A DNA stretch of 32,000 nt from Pirellula staleyi DSM 6068 (GCA_000025185.1 CP001848.1:150001-182000); one strand, 5' to 3'; positions 1 through 9,988 are shown, counted from the first letter of the stretch. The notes: generated by a model not told the origin, from the sequence alone. A program made the numbers and translations.

Positions 1-1
1 G

Positions 2-679
2 ACCACCACCGGCCGGGCCCGCGTGCTGGGGCAAGAGATTCTGTCGCAGCAGCTGCTGGTGCAGATGGAAGATGGCCGGCGAATCATGATTCCGCTGACC
101 GATGTGGTGACGGTGCTCAAGGCGGGGACTGGCAAGCGGACACGCGAGCCGTTTGGTCCGCCGCAGCCCGAAGGTGACGCCCCTGCAGAAGGACGCCGCG
201 ATCAGCGGCGCGACTCGCGTCCGCCACGTGGCGACCGAAACCAGGCCGACCGACATTCAGCACCCACTGGCGAAAGTGAACCAGCGGCGAGCGATGCGCC
301 TCCGGCAGAATCGACCGGCGAGCGACCAGCAGGCGAGCAGCCGAGACCACAGCGTGATCAGCAGCGCTCGGGAGATCGTCGGCCTCCGCAGCGTGGCGCC
401 TATCAGCAGCGAGATTCGCAACAGCGCGATCCGCAACAGCGCGATCCGCAGCAGCGTGGTCCACAGCAGCGCGATGGCAATCGAGACGCCAATCGCGGCG
501 CTCGACAGCCGCGCGAATTTGCCCCGGAGCTACAGCCCTCGGCAGACATCCCCCCAGCGACGACAACTCCACCTGAATCGATGCCTCGCGCGAGCGATTC
601 GGAGAAACCTGCGGAGCTTCCGCCATCAGCCCCTCCAGCCCCAACTCCCGAGCCTGGAGCGGAAGACAAGTCCACCTGA
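2..679 (+). CDS. 3' portion of a CDS entering from the left edge. A short ordered segment is followed by a ~190 aa Arg/Gln/Asp/Pro-rich low-complexity tail. Product not identifiable.
   Basis: The frame is open from nt 2 to the TGA at 677-679. The GTG at 23 is only the first start-like codon inside the window. No catalytic motif is recognisable. The tail carries QQRDx pentapeptide repeats. Confidence 0.5.
   Translation, partial: TTTGRARVLGQEILSQQLLVQMEDGRRIMIPLTDVVTVLKAGTGKRTREPFGPPQPEGDAPAEGRRDQRRDSRPPRGDRNQADRHSAPTGESEPAASDAPPAESTGERPAGEQPRPQRDQQRSGDRRPPQRGAYQQRDSQQRDPQQRDPQQRGPQQRDGNRDANRGARQPREFAPELQPSADIPPATTTPPESMPRASDSEKPAELPPSAPPAPTPEPGAEDKST
404..478 (+). repeat. Five tandem, imperfect 15-bp units (consensus cagcagcgcgatccg) inside the CDS, encoding QQRDS/QQRDP/QQRDP/QQRGP/QQRDG
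   Basis: Read directly: cagcagcgagattcg caacagcgcgatccg caacagcgcgatccg cagcagcgtggtcca cagcagcgcgatggc. The repeats are in frame with the 2..679 CDS. Confidence 0.85.
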
Positions 680-735
680 GAGGTGGCAGCTGCCACTACC
701 CAATGAATCATGGTCCGCTGAATCGTGGTTCGGTA

Positions 736-766
736 TTGCACTGCCTGATGGTCAACAGCCTATAAT
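736..766 (+). promoter_or_regulatory. Candidate sigma70-like promoter upstream of the Minf_1886-like gene
   Basis: TTGCAC (736-741), 19-nt spacer, perfect TATAAT (761-766), about 90 nt upstream of the ATG at 857. The spacer is longer than optimal and the promoter consensus for this lineage is uncertain. Confidence 0.25.
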
Positions 767-856
767 TTGCGGTTTACGACGAATTTCATTCCCGATCTGT
801 CGCGCGATCGATGTCGGTGATCGACGCCCCTCCTTCCTTCAGTTATTGCCGCTCCT

Positions 857-1309
857 ATGTCGCAGGAAATTCATCCGCTCGTCAAGCTGCTGTGCGAAGA
901 TACCCGTTACAAGCTCGAGGCCTATCAATTTGTTCGCGCGGGGCTGAAATATGCCCAGGATGAGCTCGGTCTTGGAGCCGACGAACCTTCGTCCGAAGAA
1001 GAGGAAGCAGAAGCAGGAACCGAGCCGACGCTGTTTCAGCGGGGACCGGTGCGGCACGTGACCGGCCAAGATCTTTCGCGAGCGCTCAAAACATTTGCCC
1101 ACTCGCAGTATGGCTACATGGCCCGGCTGGTTCTCGCGTCGTGGGGCATTAAGAGCACCAGCGATTTTGGCGAGATTGTGTACAACCTGATCAAAATTGG
1201 CGAAATGACCAAATCGGCGCACGATCGCCGGGAAGACTTCGACGACGTCTACGATTTCCAGCAAGCACTGGAAGAAGAGTTCGAGATCACGCGCACCGCA
1301 GAAGAGTAG
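857..1309 (+). CDS. Minf_1886-family-like conserved protein (function unknown)
   Basis: 150 aa. The pattern YKLEAYQFVRAGLKYAQ ... RHVTGQDLSRAL..FA..QYGYMARLVLASWGI.STSDFGEIVYNLIK.G.M.K...D.REDFDDVYDF matches my recollection of the Minf_1886 family found in Planctomycetes and Verrucomicrobia. It contains an acidic SSEEEEAEA insert. Confidence 0.75.
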   Translation: MSQEIHPLVKLLCEDTRYKLEAYQFVRAGLKYAQDELGLGADEPSSEEEEAEAGTEPTLFQRGPVRHVTGQDLSRALKTFAHSQYGYMARLVLASWGIKSTSDFGEIVYNLIKIGEMTKSAHDRREDFDDVYDFQQALEEEFEITRTAEE

Positions 1310-1447
1310 CGTGGGGCCACTCCAGAAGTGGCCTGCTGCTTTGCGATGCGCTCGTTTCCGTCACGAATTAACGCAACTCCAACGTGCGTGGCTTGATCGT
1401 GTCGGTATGATGGGGTGGCAATCCACTTCTGCAGAAGGAACTTCACC

Positions 1448-2500
1448 ATGCATCCGCTCGGCTCACTCATCGCCACCGGCACCAAGCTCTACCTCGATTC
1501 GATCGATCCGCAGCTGGTGCTGCTCAATCGGAGCCTCGGAGCAAGCGGCGCCACTAGCAACCCAGTGATTGTTTCCGATCTGATCCGCACCGGAAGGTTC
1601 GATCAAGAGATTGTCGAACTCGTCAGCAGTGGGCTCTCCGACAGCGAAGTCGCTTGGAGCCTTACCGATAAACTTGTCACCAACGCCCAGCAAGTGTTTC
1701 AGCCTGTGTACGAAGCGACGAAGGCCGACGATGGCTATGTCAGCTTCGAACTCGATCCGCTGATTGAAGACCCTGCGGCCAACTTGCCCCATGCCGAGCG
1801 CGTTCGAATGTACGTCGAACTGGGGAAAAAATGGTCGGCCGGACATACCAACCGGATGATCAAAGTTCCAGCGACTCCGGCTGGCATCGAAGCGCTCGAG
1901 CCCCTCTGTGCGCTCGGCGTTTCGCTTAACGTCACTCTGATTTTCACGATGCGGCAGTACGAAGCGGCCCGCGATAGTGTGTGGCGCGGAGCGCAGCAGC
2001 GGGCGTCGCTCGAGAAGTTCAAAAGTGTCTACAGCATTTTTGTCTCGCGAGTCGACATCTACACCGAAAAGCAGGTCCCCGAGCTTTCGCCAGCTGCTCA
2101 AGGTCAAGTCGGCATCGTCAACTCGAAGTTAATTTGGAAAGCGAATCGCGAGTTTTGGGCCGATAAGCAGTGCCCTTTGGCGCAGGAGATGATTTTCGCG
2201 AGCACCGGCACCAAGAAGGCCGAGGATGCCCCGTGGAAGTATGTCGCCGCGCTCGCAGGGAGCGACATTCAAACGAATCCCCCCGGGACCAACGATGCGG
2301 TTGCCAGGTCGACCGAACTCTTCACGCGGCAAGTCGACGTCCTTCCTCCGGCCGAGGTGCTCGAGGAGATTCGCACGAAGGTCGATGCCGTGAAACTCGA
2401 AACCGTGCTGATGGACGAGGGGATCAAAAAGTTCGCCGATCCTCAGAAAGCGCTCCTCAAGCTGATCGCCGACAAGCGTGCTCAGCTCGTCTCGACGTAA
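1448..2500 (+). CDS. tal: Transaldolase family protein
   Basis: Motifs [21 protein letters not shown] and the Schiff-base lysine context [13 protein letters not shown], followed by NVTLIF. Start chosen at the ATG at 1448 (MHPLGS...), which follows GAAGGA. The ORF track start at 1415 is the alternative. Confidence 0.85.
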   Translation: MHPLGSLIATGTKLYLDSIDPQLVLLNRSLGASGATSNPVIVSDLIRTGRFDQEIVELVSSGLSDSEVAWSLTDKLVTNAQQVFQPVYEATKADDGYVSFELDPLIEDPAANLPHAERVRMYVELGKKWSAGHTNRMIKVPATPAGIEALEPLCALGVSLNVTLIFTMRQYEAARDSVWRGAQQRASLEKFKSVYSIFVSRVDIYTEKQVPELSPAAQGQVGIVNSKLIWKANREFWADKQCPLAQEMIFASTGTKKAEDAPWKYVAALAGSDIQTNPPGTNDAVARSTELFTRQVDVLPPAEVLEEIRTKVDAVKLETVLMDEGIKKFADPQKALLKLIADKRAQLVST

Positions 2501-2617
2501 CGGTTCAGCGGGCGAGCGAGACCTGCTAGCGTGAGGCCTGGCGATCTGTTTTGCGCTGCGGGTTTTGTGGTTTGGTCTTGCTACATCCGCTGCGCCGTGT
2601 GACTATACTTCCACTCT

Positions 2618-4024
2618 ATGGAACCTCAGGCTGGGCAGCACGATTCGACGCTTCGGAACCCCTCCGATTCGCTTGCCCCACCCCCGAGCGCGGCCGCTCC
2701 CGCGAAGCGCCTCAGCGGCGAACTTTCCCCTGCGGAAACACACCCCGCCGAGCGCCGCAACTTCTTGCTGATGGTCACCTATCAGATCCTGATGCGCACC
2801 GGGTGGATCTTCAAAACCGAGAGCAGCATCATGCCCGCGGTGATCGATTCACTGGGCGGTACGGGATGGATGCGCGGTGCTCTGCCGCTGCTGAATCGGT
2901 TTGGCCAAAGTGTGCCGCCGATGTTGCTGGCTCGGCACATCAAAGGGCTCGCGCAGAAGAAGTGGGCCTTTGTCGGCACCACCACCTCGATGGTCGCGAT
3001 GTTCCTGGCGATCACCTCGATCTGGCTCATCCCGGGGCTGAAAGACTCCCCCTACGCCCGCTATATCTACCTGGCGATCTACGCCCTCTTCTTCGCCGCT
3101 ATCGGCGTGAATCAACTCGCCTACAACACGCTGCAAGGCAAACTGATCCGCGTTCGAAGTCGGGGCCGATTGCTGATGATCGCCGACACCATCGGCGCAG
3201 CCACTGCTATCGCCTGCGCGCTGCTCCTCTTGCCGCGCTGGCTCCACGAAGACCATGCCGACTTCGCCTGGATTTTCGGTTTCTCGACTGGCCTGTTCGC
3301 CGCCGCTTCCATCATTGCCTGGATGCTGGTCGAGAGTCCTGACAGCGCCGAGCAACGCGAGGAAAAACGAGAGCCGGTCTTCGCCGCCGCTTGGCAGGTT
3401 TTGAAAAGCGATCGCCCGTTTCGCCGACTTTGCATTGTCGCGGGACTCTTCAGCAGCAGCCTCGTGTTGTTCCCTCACTACCAGGCGATTGCAAGCGAGG
3501 AACTGAACCTGGGAACTCCCTACCTGATGTGGTGGGTGATTGCCCAGAATGTTGGGACGGCGATTTTCAGTGTACTCACGGGTCCATTAGCCGATCGTTT
3601 TGGAAATCGGCTGTCACTGCGGCTCCTCACCATCTTGATCTGCCTCGCTCCCCAAACCGCGCTGTGGCTTTCGTTTAATCCCGAGATCGGAAAAGTCGGG
3701 TTTTTCATGGTCTTTCTGCTCGTGGGGATGACTCCCGTCGCGCAAAAATCATTCAACAACTACACGCTCGAACTTACCACGCCCGAAAATCACCCGCGTT
3801 ATCTCAGCACGCTGTCGCTCTGCATGGCGCTGCCGATTTTCTTTTCGATCCTGGTGGGATACTTCGTCGATTGGCTGGGCTTTACGGCTGTCTATCATGC
3901 TGTGACTGTGCTGCTGGTCATCGGCGCGATCCTCAGTTTTCGGCTGATCGAGCCGCGTCATAAGCTCGAAGCTGCGAGCCTCGTAACTCCCTCCGCCATT
4001 CCCCCTGCCGACGATAGTCTGTAG
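2618..4024 (+). CDS. MFS-type transporter with a ~50 aa non-membrane N-terminal extension
   Basis: 468 aa with many hydrophobic helices. MFS motif-A-like GPLADRFGNRLSLR lies between helices in the second half. The start codon is uncertain. Confidence 0.7.
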   Translation: MEPQAGQHDSTLRNPSDSLAPPPSAAAPAKRLSGELSPAETHPAERRNFLLMVTYQILMRTGWIFKTESSIMPAVIDSLGGTGWMRGALPLLNRFGQSVPPMLLARHIKGLAQKKWAFVGTTTSMVAMFLAITSIWLIPGLKDSPYARYIYLAIYALFFAAIGVNQLAYNTLQGKLIRVRSRGRLLMIADTIGAATAIACALLLLPRWLHEDHADFAWIFGFSTGLFAAASIIAWMLVESPDSAEQREEKREPVFAAAWQVLKSDRPFRRLCIVAGLFSSSLVLFPHYQAIASEELNLGTPYLMWWVIAQNVGTAIFSVLTGPLADRFGNRLSLRLLTILICLAPQTALWLSFNPEIGKVGFFMVFLLVGMTPVAQKSFNNYTLELTTPENHPRYLSTLSLCMALPIFFSILVGYFVDWLGFTAVYHAVTVLLVIGAILSFRLIEPRHKLEAASLVTPSAIPPADDSL

Positions 4025-4047
4025 GTCTTCCGTGGTAAGTCTTCGCC

Positions 4048-4635
4048 ATGATCCAAGGTGTCATCTTCGATCTCGATGGAACGCTCGCCGATTCGCAGCT
4101 CGACTTCGAGGCGATGCGCGATGAAATGCAGCTTCCGGCGGGCCAACCTATTCTCGAAGCCGTTGCTGCACTCCCGGCCGAGCGGCAGCACGAGTGCCAT
4201 GCCATCTTGCGCCGGCACGAGCTCGAAGGAGCTGCTCGCGCGACACTCCTTCCTGGAGCTGGCGAGCTGCTGTCGCAGCTCGAGAGCCGCTCGATGCCGA
4301 TTTCGATCGTCACCCGCAACAGCCGCGAGGTGACAGCCGCGACACTGTCGAAGCTCGGCATTCGCTCCTCACTCGTCATCACGCGCGACGATGGCCCGGT
4401 GAAACCCGATCCGTGGGGAGCGCTCGAAATCATTCGTCACTGGAAATTCGATCCCCGCTCGCTCGTGATGATTGGCGACTGGGTCTTCGACATCGCATGT
4501 GGCCATGCGGCGGGAACATGGACCGTGCTGCTGACGTCGAGCGACGACGAGGCACGCTGCACGCCGCAGCCCGATTTGATCCTGCCGTCGCTGGCCCACT
4601 ACGACGAGCTGCTAGCGTGGATCGACGATCGCTAA
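4048..4635 (+). CDS. HAD-superfamily hydrolase (phosphatase-like, subfamily IA type)
   Basis: Motif I VIFDLDGTLADS at the N-terminus, motif II IVTRNS, motif III K in GPVKPDP, motif IV MIGDWVFDIACG. Confidence 0.85.
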   Translation: MIQGVIFDLDGTLADSQLDFEAMRDEMQLPAGQPILEAVAALPAERQHECHAILRRHELEGAARATLLPGAGELLSQLESRSMPISIVTRNSREVTAATLSKLGIRSSLVITRDDGPVKPDPWGALEIIRHWKFDPRSLVMIGDWVFDIACGHAAGTWTVLLTSSDDEARCTPQPDLILPSLAHYDELLAWIDDR

Positions 4636-4828
4636 AACGTTGGTCCTGCAGCTTCTACTCGCCGCTACAGGCCGTTTTCCGCTGAAAAAACGGACTTTGG
4701 CGAAATCGGCCTTTCAGCTATGCTCTGGGCCGGTTGAAATCCCGCTCAACCATCGTGCGCGCGACAAGTCAGGACGACACCTCGCTAGCAGCACGCTTTC
4801 GACAACCTGCCGCATAAGGCCCTCACGG

Positions 4829-6160
4829 ATGACTTGCACGGCCCTTCTCCGACTGGCATCGACGTTCACTTGCCATGCTTCGCGTTTTGCTCCGGTGGCT
4901 GCGCTGCTGCTGGGGACTAGCGCACTGGCACAAACCTACGTCGCTCCTTCCGGCGCTTCGCGCTATGCTCCTCAAACAGCAGCGCCTGCGCCAGTGCCGC
5001 AAACGGCTCCCCGCGCTGCTGGTCCGATGCAGCCAGCGATGCGACAAGGCCCCGCTCCAGCAGGCCCCGCACAACCCACCTACACGCAGCCAAATTACAC
5101 GCAGCCCGGACCGACACAGCAGAACCCTGTCCGTCAGGTCGATCTGCAGCAGCCGATTCGTCAGCCTCAGCCCGGCGCACAACCGGGCGCTCAACCAGCA
5201 ACACCTGCAGGCCCCCAGCCCGGTCGACCGATTGGTCCAGGCAATGTGCAGCTGATTCCACGCCCCGCTGAACCAGCTGCTCCGCAAGCGCCGGCCTGGT
5301 ATCCACTCGATGCCAAAGTGCAAGCTTGGGTCGATAACGTCCTGGGCTACTGGCAACAGCGGAGCTCGAAAGTCGAAACCTATCGCTGCAAGTTTCAGCG
5401 CTGGGACTACGACCCGATCTTTGGTCCTAAAGATCCTTCGGTTCCGAAAACGTTTGCCGAAGGTGTGATTCAGTACGCCCAGCCCGATAAAGGTTTGTTC
5501 CGACTCGAAAAGCTGAGCAACTACGTGGCTGCCACTCAAGCTGGCGAACAACCCTCGTACGTTCCACAAACGGGCGTGCTCGGTGAACACTGGATTTGCG
5601 ATGGTCAGCGCGTGTTCGAATTCGATGCGCGTCAGAAAAAAGTGATCGAGCGCATTTTGCCCGCCGAGATGCAAGGGAAAGCGATCGCCGATGGCCCCCT
5701 GCCGTTTCTGTTTGGAGCGGACGCCGCCAAGATCATGAGCCGCTATTGGCTTCGACCCCTCACCCCTCCTGAAGGCGTGAAGGGAGAATACTGGCTCGAA
5801 GCCGTTCCGAAATCGCGCGCCGATGCCGCCAACTTCAAGATGGTGCACATCATCATCGACGAGAAAGAATTCCTCCCCCAAGGGTTGCAGGTCTTTCCGC
5901 CGAACTACGACCCGAAGACCAATCCTGTGCGAACCGCGTACATCTTCAAAGAACGCGAAGTGAACAAGGTGAACCTGCTCAACAAACTCAATCCGTTTTT
6001 GAAAGAGTTCTTTGAGCCGCAAACACCGTCGGGCTGGGAACGGATTGTCGAGAACCTGAATGTGCCACCAGGACCAGGTCCGGCAGCGCAGCCCCAGCCT
6101 TCGCAGGCGACACGTCCGGCAGCTCCGGCACCGACCGGCCCCACGCCGATTCCGCGCTAA
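4829..6160 (+). CDS. Secreted protein with a signal peptide, a ~150 aa Pro/Gln-rich region and a C-terminal LolA-like domain that I tentatively recall as the Planctomycetes TIGR03009-type domain
   Basis: Start moved to the ATG at 4829 (MTCTALLRLAS...LLGTSALAQ has a signal-peptide look). The C-terminal half (WYPLDAKVQAWVDNVLGYWQQRSSKVETYRCKFQRWDYDPIFG...GLFRLEK...YWLEAVPK) resembles that family. A second P-rich tail lies at the C-terminus. Confidence 0.6.
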   Translation: MTCTALLRLASTFTCHASRFAPVAALLLGTSALAQTYVAPSGASRYAPQTAAPAPVPQTAPRAAGPMQPAMRQGPAPAGPAQPTYTQPNYTQPGPTQQNPVRQVDLQQPIRQPQPGAQPGAQPATPAGPQPGRPIGPGNVQLIPRPAEPAAPQAPAWYPLDAKVQAWVDNVLGYWQQRSSKVETYRCKFQRWDYDPIFGPKDPSVPKTFAEGVIQYAQPDKGLFRLEKLSNYVAATQAGEQPSYVPQTGVLGEHWICDGQRVFEFDARQKKVIERILPAEMQGKAIADGPLPFLFGADAAKIMSRYWLRPLTPPEGVKGEYWLEAVPKSRADAANFKMVHIIIDEKEFLPQGLQVFPPNYDPKTNPVRTAYIFKEREVNKVNLLNKLNPFLKEFFEPQTPSGWERIVENLNVPPGPGPAAQPQPSQATRPAAPAPTGPTPIPR

Positions 6161-6365
6161 GCGCCCGATCGATCGCGCGTGCATAACCGCTATAGATGCG
6201 ACACGCGCTCTGCAGCGAACGATTGCAAAGCTTTCGTTCCCAGGGCTACTTTCCACAGAACGAACAACCGGAGATCGATCCGGGTTGTCAAAGAATCGAC
6301 CCCCGCTGGTTCGATACCATCATAGCGGCTCACCGTGGCAGGACTGTGCCCAGGAGCACCTCACC

Positions 6366-6677
6366 ATGATGGAATTCAATCGCAATCAGTATCTGATGGC
6401 CGGGCTAGTAATCCTACTGCTCGGCATTCAACTCCGCTCAATCGATGCGGTGGTGCTCAACGAGCGCGCCACAAAGTTTCTTGCTCAGCGGATGCAAGAT
6501 ATCAAAGGGACCGAGATCGCCAGTACGAGCGATCTGGCGACGCACTACGCGGCCAATCAGCCTGTCGCAACGGTCAAACATCGCATGGAGCCACCAAAAT
6601 GGCTCGGCTGGGCACTCGTGTCGGTTGGCAGCGTGCTGGTGCTCCACAGCTTGGCGCTGAAAAAACCGGGGGGCTGA
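6366..6677 (+). CDS. Small two-helix membrane protein, hypothetical
   Basis: 103 aa starting at MMEFNRNQYLMAGLVILLLGIQL, with a second hydrophobic helix WLGWALVSVGSVLVLHSLAL. The longer ORF from 6060 has no plausible N-terminal sequence. Confidence 0.5.
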   Translation: MMEFNRNQYLMAGLVILLLGIQLRSIDAVVLNERATKFLAQRMQDIKGTEIASTSDLATHYAANQPVATVKHRMEPPKWLGWALVSVGSVLVLHSLALKKPGG

Positions 6678-6709
6678 TCGCCCGCTCGCTACCGGCCACT
6701 TTTCGCAGG

Positions 6710-7609
6710 TTACTGCGCGACGCCGATCCCGCGCAGCGATGTTTCACCTGGAAACAGCCGCGTTCCCGACTGCAGCTCGCGCACATCGCGGAGCGGGTTC
6801 CAAGGTCGCAGTCGAACCACTTCGGTGGTCGCTTCCCATTGACCATCTCCCGGCACGACCAACTTGGCGACGACCGTCCCTAGCGGTTTGAACTTCGTGC
6901 TCGTCGCGGGTCGAATCGCCCCTAGCGGTAAGCGAATCGCATAGCCGCGCGTTGTCCACGCACTCGGCTGGAGCTCGCGCGACCAACGTCCGATCGGCAC
7001 AATCGACTGGCCTGCTGCAAACGACGAGGCTTGTAGGTCGCGATACTCGAGTCCCCACAGCGTCACATCGATTCGACCACTCGTGCTAGTGAGTTCGCCA
7101 CGCGAATTGATCGGCTGAACGTAAACCAGCAGCCCGTCGGACTCGGCCGATCCGTTCCACGAAGCCATGTGCGCGTCGATCACTAGTTGCATGAGGCGTG
7201 GCGCTGGCAGAGCTCTCTCGACTTCGCTCACTTTTTCCTCTGCGCGCTGCGTTGCAACTTCCGCGCGATTGTCGAGCACAATCCGGATCGACTTCTTGAC
7301 CGGTGGACGATTCGTCCGGAGTTTCTCCGCCACAATACGGAGCTGATCGATCGAGATCTCTGCGCCGTCGAGCCGCGCGGAGACGAGCGAGGCGTAGTTC
7401 AGCTGACGAGTGATCGAGGTCGATTCGGTACCGAACTCGATAGCGAGTCGATCGGCTGAATGACTGGCGACGAGTTGACCTTGAAAGACTCGTCCACTGG
7501 CGAGTGCAACTTCTACCTCGGCGCCTCGCACATTTCCTTTGAGCGCAAAAATCACCAGGATCAGCGCCACGGCAAAGGCGACGCGCCGCAGCAGTCGGTT
7601 ACTTATCAT
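6710..7609 (-). CDS. Secreted hypothetical protein
   Basis: Start set at the ATG at 7609 (MISNRLLRRVAFAVALILVIFALKGNVRGAEV is signal-peptide-like) with GGGAGA upstream. No recognisable domain. Confidence 0.55.
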   Translation of the reverse strand: MISNRLLRRVAFAVALILVIFALKGNVRGAEVEVALASGRVFQGQLVASHSADRLAIEFGTESTSITRQLNYASLVSARLDGAEISIDQLRIVAEKLRTNRPPVKKSIRIVLDNRAEVATQRAEEKVSEVERALPAPRLMQLVIDAHMASWNGSAESDGLLVYVQPINSRGELTSTSGRIDVTLWGLEYRDLQASSFAAGQSIVPIGRWSRELQPSAWTTRGYAIRLPLGAIRPATSTKFKPLGTVVAKLVVPGDGQWEATTEVVRLRPWNPLRDVRELQSGTRLFPGETSLRGIGVAQ

Positions 7610-8026
7610 CGACGGTTCTCCCAGCGGCACCTGCGAATCCCGTTTTCCCGAGGTCACGACCTCCGAGGAAAGGGGCTCCTAGCGGTGCTCTGCCAGGTAG
7701 AAAGCAACTCCGAGGCCAGCGGCGCGAGAGTGAGCCTCGCGAGCCTTCAGCCACCTCTCAAACTGCTGTCTCGCAGGGACTTAGACGAAGAATTCCACTG
7801 GTTTTTAGTCACTTTCAGCAGGTTGCCTTTTCGCCACATGATGCCGGGACGCGTCAGCGGCGCTTCTGCGCTGGTGGCGTGCGGGCAACGTCCGGCAGAA
7901 TCTGTTTCTTCCTTACGTTCGCTACGTTCCGGCCTCGCCCCCTCGGACGACGAATTATGACCTAGAGTTGCAGCATCGATTTCACGATCGAGCTCTCGTT
8001 TCGTGCGCGTAAGAAGGATAGGCGGA

Positions 8027-8413
8027 ATGCTCAACCGACGGATCTGGCAATTGGGAATCGCAGCGGCGACAGCGCTTGCGTTTGCGCCAAAAGCGACAGC
8101 CGAAGAAGCTGGCCAGCCAGTCAGCACGAAGCGATTGGCCCGGCAAGAGGGAGCGGCCGGTCAGAGGCAGCGCGAAGGGTCGAAACTCGAAAGTGTCGAG
8201 GGGCACTTCGAGTTCTCGGGAGATCGCATCAGCTTCCAAACCATCGCAAGCCAAGAGAGTTTTCGCTTGCTCGAAAATCTCTCCCTCGAGCGCGTCAGCA
8301 AAGTGCTTGGCGAAGATCGCGAACCACAAACCTGGATCGTCAGTGGTCTGGTGACCGAGTATCGCGGCAGCAATTATCTGCTGATCAGCAAAGCGATTCT
8401 CAAGACGCTTTAA
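8027..8413 (+). CDS. Small secreted hypothetical protein
   Basis: The ATG at 8027 is preceded by AAGGA with 8-nt spacing. N-terminus MLNRRIWQLGIAAATALAFAPKATAEE is signal-peptide-like. The gene is convergent with the TadG-like gene. Confidence 0.5.
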   Translation: MLNRRIWQLGIAAATALAFAPKATAEEAGQPVSTKRLARQEGAAGQRQREGSKLESVEGHFEFSGDRISFQTIASQESFRLLENLSLERVSKVLGEDREPQTWIVSGLVTEYRGSNYLLISKAILKTL

Positions 8414-8470
8414 GCGTTCTGTTTTTTCAGCGCGCGATTCTGCGACTCTCCACAGGCAATCAAGCCGCAC

Positions 8471-9988
8471 TCACTCGACGAGAAACACATCTTCCGCTGG
8501 CGGCAACAACGTCGACGGATTGATGTCGAGATCCAAGATCGCCAGCATGCGCATCGTGCCGCAAACGAAGCGGGCATCGTAGTCGCCGAGTCCTGCCAGC
8601 AGCACATGCCCCCACTTGCTGTAAGTGGTGCCGCTGTACTGACCGTTTCCGAGCAGCGTTTCCTGCACCAGCACAATCGGGCGGCGATCGTGCCGGCGCT
8701 GAAAGATCAGCATGTCGTGATATGGACTTGCTGGATCGTTCAGCGGTTTGAAGCTGCTGCCAAGCAGGCCAATGTTGATCAGCGCGCTGGGGAGCAAGTT
8801 TCCGAGGTCCTGATGTGGCGGGTCTGTCTCGCCATCGGCTGAATCGGGAAACGTTCCGCCTGCGGGGTTATACGAACTGTTGTCGGTGATGTAGAACATC
8901 ACCCCCTCAGCGTCGACCTCTCCTGCCAGGACCTTCAGCGGGATTTGTGTAATCGGGCTTTTGCCCCGAATGATGTAGACACCCGGCCGAAACTCGACGC
9001 GACCACTCACGACATCAATCCACTCATAAACGCCTGGATTGAGCGTGATTTTCGGGCCGATCAGCGGGATGCCAATGATTGTGCGTCCCCCCTGCATTGT
9101 CGCCGACACATTCGCCGAGTCGATGCTGATCGAGGGTGGGGCAAGATGTTGAAGCGGATCGGGGACCGGCAATCGATTGGCGTGAAAAGGGACATCAGCC
9201 TCGGGATTCAGCGTGCCGAAGTGCTTGTAGTTACTCACCCCTCCGACGATCCGCAGATCTTCCGTTTGCAGTTTGGTGAGACCCACAATCGGCGTACAAG
9301 TGACCGCTTTTTTAAGTGGCTTCACGACACCGGCTGGCAAACCATACTCATCTTCGCCTCCCCACTCGGTGTTCACATGCATCGCGCCGTGGACTTGCAC
9401 CCGCCCAAGCCCGAGGACTTCCACACCACCGAGGAGCGCTGGTAGTGGTGGCAAAATCGGGGTGAGTGCACCGAGCGAAAAGTTATCGGGATTGGGATCG
9501 AGCACCACGATTGACGCTCCTTCCGTAACCGGTTCAAAACCGGCCACAGCGCGGCAGCGGATATCGTTCGACGTCGCTCCTCCGACAACATGCATAAAGA
9601 AGGTCGGGAGTTCGTAGTCGACAATCACCTCGACATGCTTGGCGCTACCGGCGTATGGTCCCGAAGTGGGTGGTGAATGAACCGTCACATTCGCGCTGCT
9701 GATCTGATTGTGAACTCGCACCGTTTCGGTCGCTTCCGCAAGCACCTCTGCCGTGGTCGAGCCCTGTTGTTTTTCCATCGCAGCAGCAGTAGCCGCCGCA
9801 TCAGCCGCATGCTGCGCTTGGCGATGTTCCGACAGCAGCATGCCGGTATCCATCACCAGGCCAATCATGCCGCATAGCGACGGAAGCAAGATCGCCAGCA
9901 GGACCAGCACTTTGCCTCGGCGCTGTTTTTCTCGTGTTTTTCGGGCGAATTTTGACGAAGAGATGTTTATCAGTTGCTGCGAGTGCAT
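8471..9988 (-). CDS. tadG: TadG-like pilus assembly protein (Tad N-terminal pseudopilin-like helix plus a large C-terminal region)
   Basis: The N-terminus RRGKVLVLLAILLPSLCGMIGLVMDTGMLLSEHRQAQHAADAAATAAA is typical of the TadG/Tad_N hydrophobic helix. It is the last gene of the tad operon, 21 nt after the upstream gene. Confidence 0.7.
   Translation of the reverse strand: MHSQQLINISSSKFARKTREKQRRGKVLVLLAILLPSLCGMIGLVMDTGMLLSEHRQAQHAADAAATAAAMEKQQGSTTAEVLAEATETVRVHNQISSANVTVHSPPTSGPYAGSAKHVEVIVDYELPTFFMHVVGGATSNDIRCRAVAGFEPVTEGASIVVLDPNPDNFSLGALTPILPPLPALLGGVEVLGLGRVQVHGAMHVNTEWGGEDEYGLPAGVVKPLKKAVTCTPIVGLTKLQTEDLRIVGGVSNYKHFGTLNPEADVPFHANRLPVPDPLQHLAPPSISIDSANVSATMQGGRTIIGIPLIGPKITLNPGVYEWIDVVSGRVEFRPGVYIIRGKSPITQIPLKVLAGEVDAEGVMFYITDNSSYNPAGGTFPDSADGETDPPHQDLGNLLPSALINIGLLGSSFKPLNDPASPYHDMLIFQRRHDRRPIVLVQETLLGNGQYSGTTYSKWGHVLLAGLGDYDARFVCGTMRMLAILDLDINPSTLLPPAEDVFLVE

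Noticed and set aside
683-696. Perfect 14-bp palindrome gtggcagctgccac just after the first CDS stop, considered as a terminator
   Set aside because: The stem would be only about 5 bp once a loop is allowed, and no T-run follows. It is at most a weak structure.
117-3478. Multiple overlapping alternative-frame ORFs (for example 117..644 -, 153..947 +, 1463..2107 -, 2551..3342 +, 2849..3478 -)
   Set aside because: All overlap better-supported genes and have Arg/Ser/Ala-rich compositions typical of off-frame translation in GC-rich DNA.
4823-6256. 477-aa ORF on the minus strand, antisense to the P/Q-rich secreted protein gene
   Set aside because: It is Arg/Cys/Trp-rich with no motifs. This is the typical shadow ORF of a GC-rich coding region, and the plus-strand frame has a signal peptide and a coherent domain.
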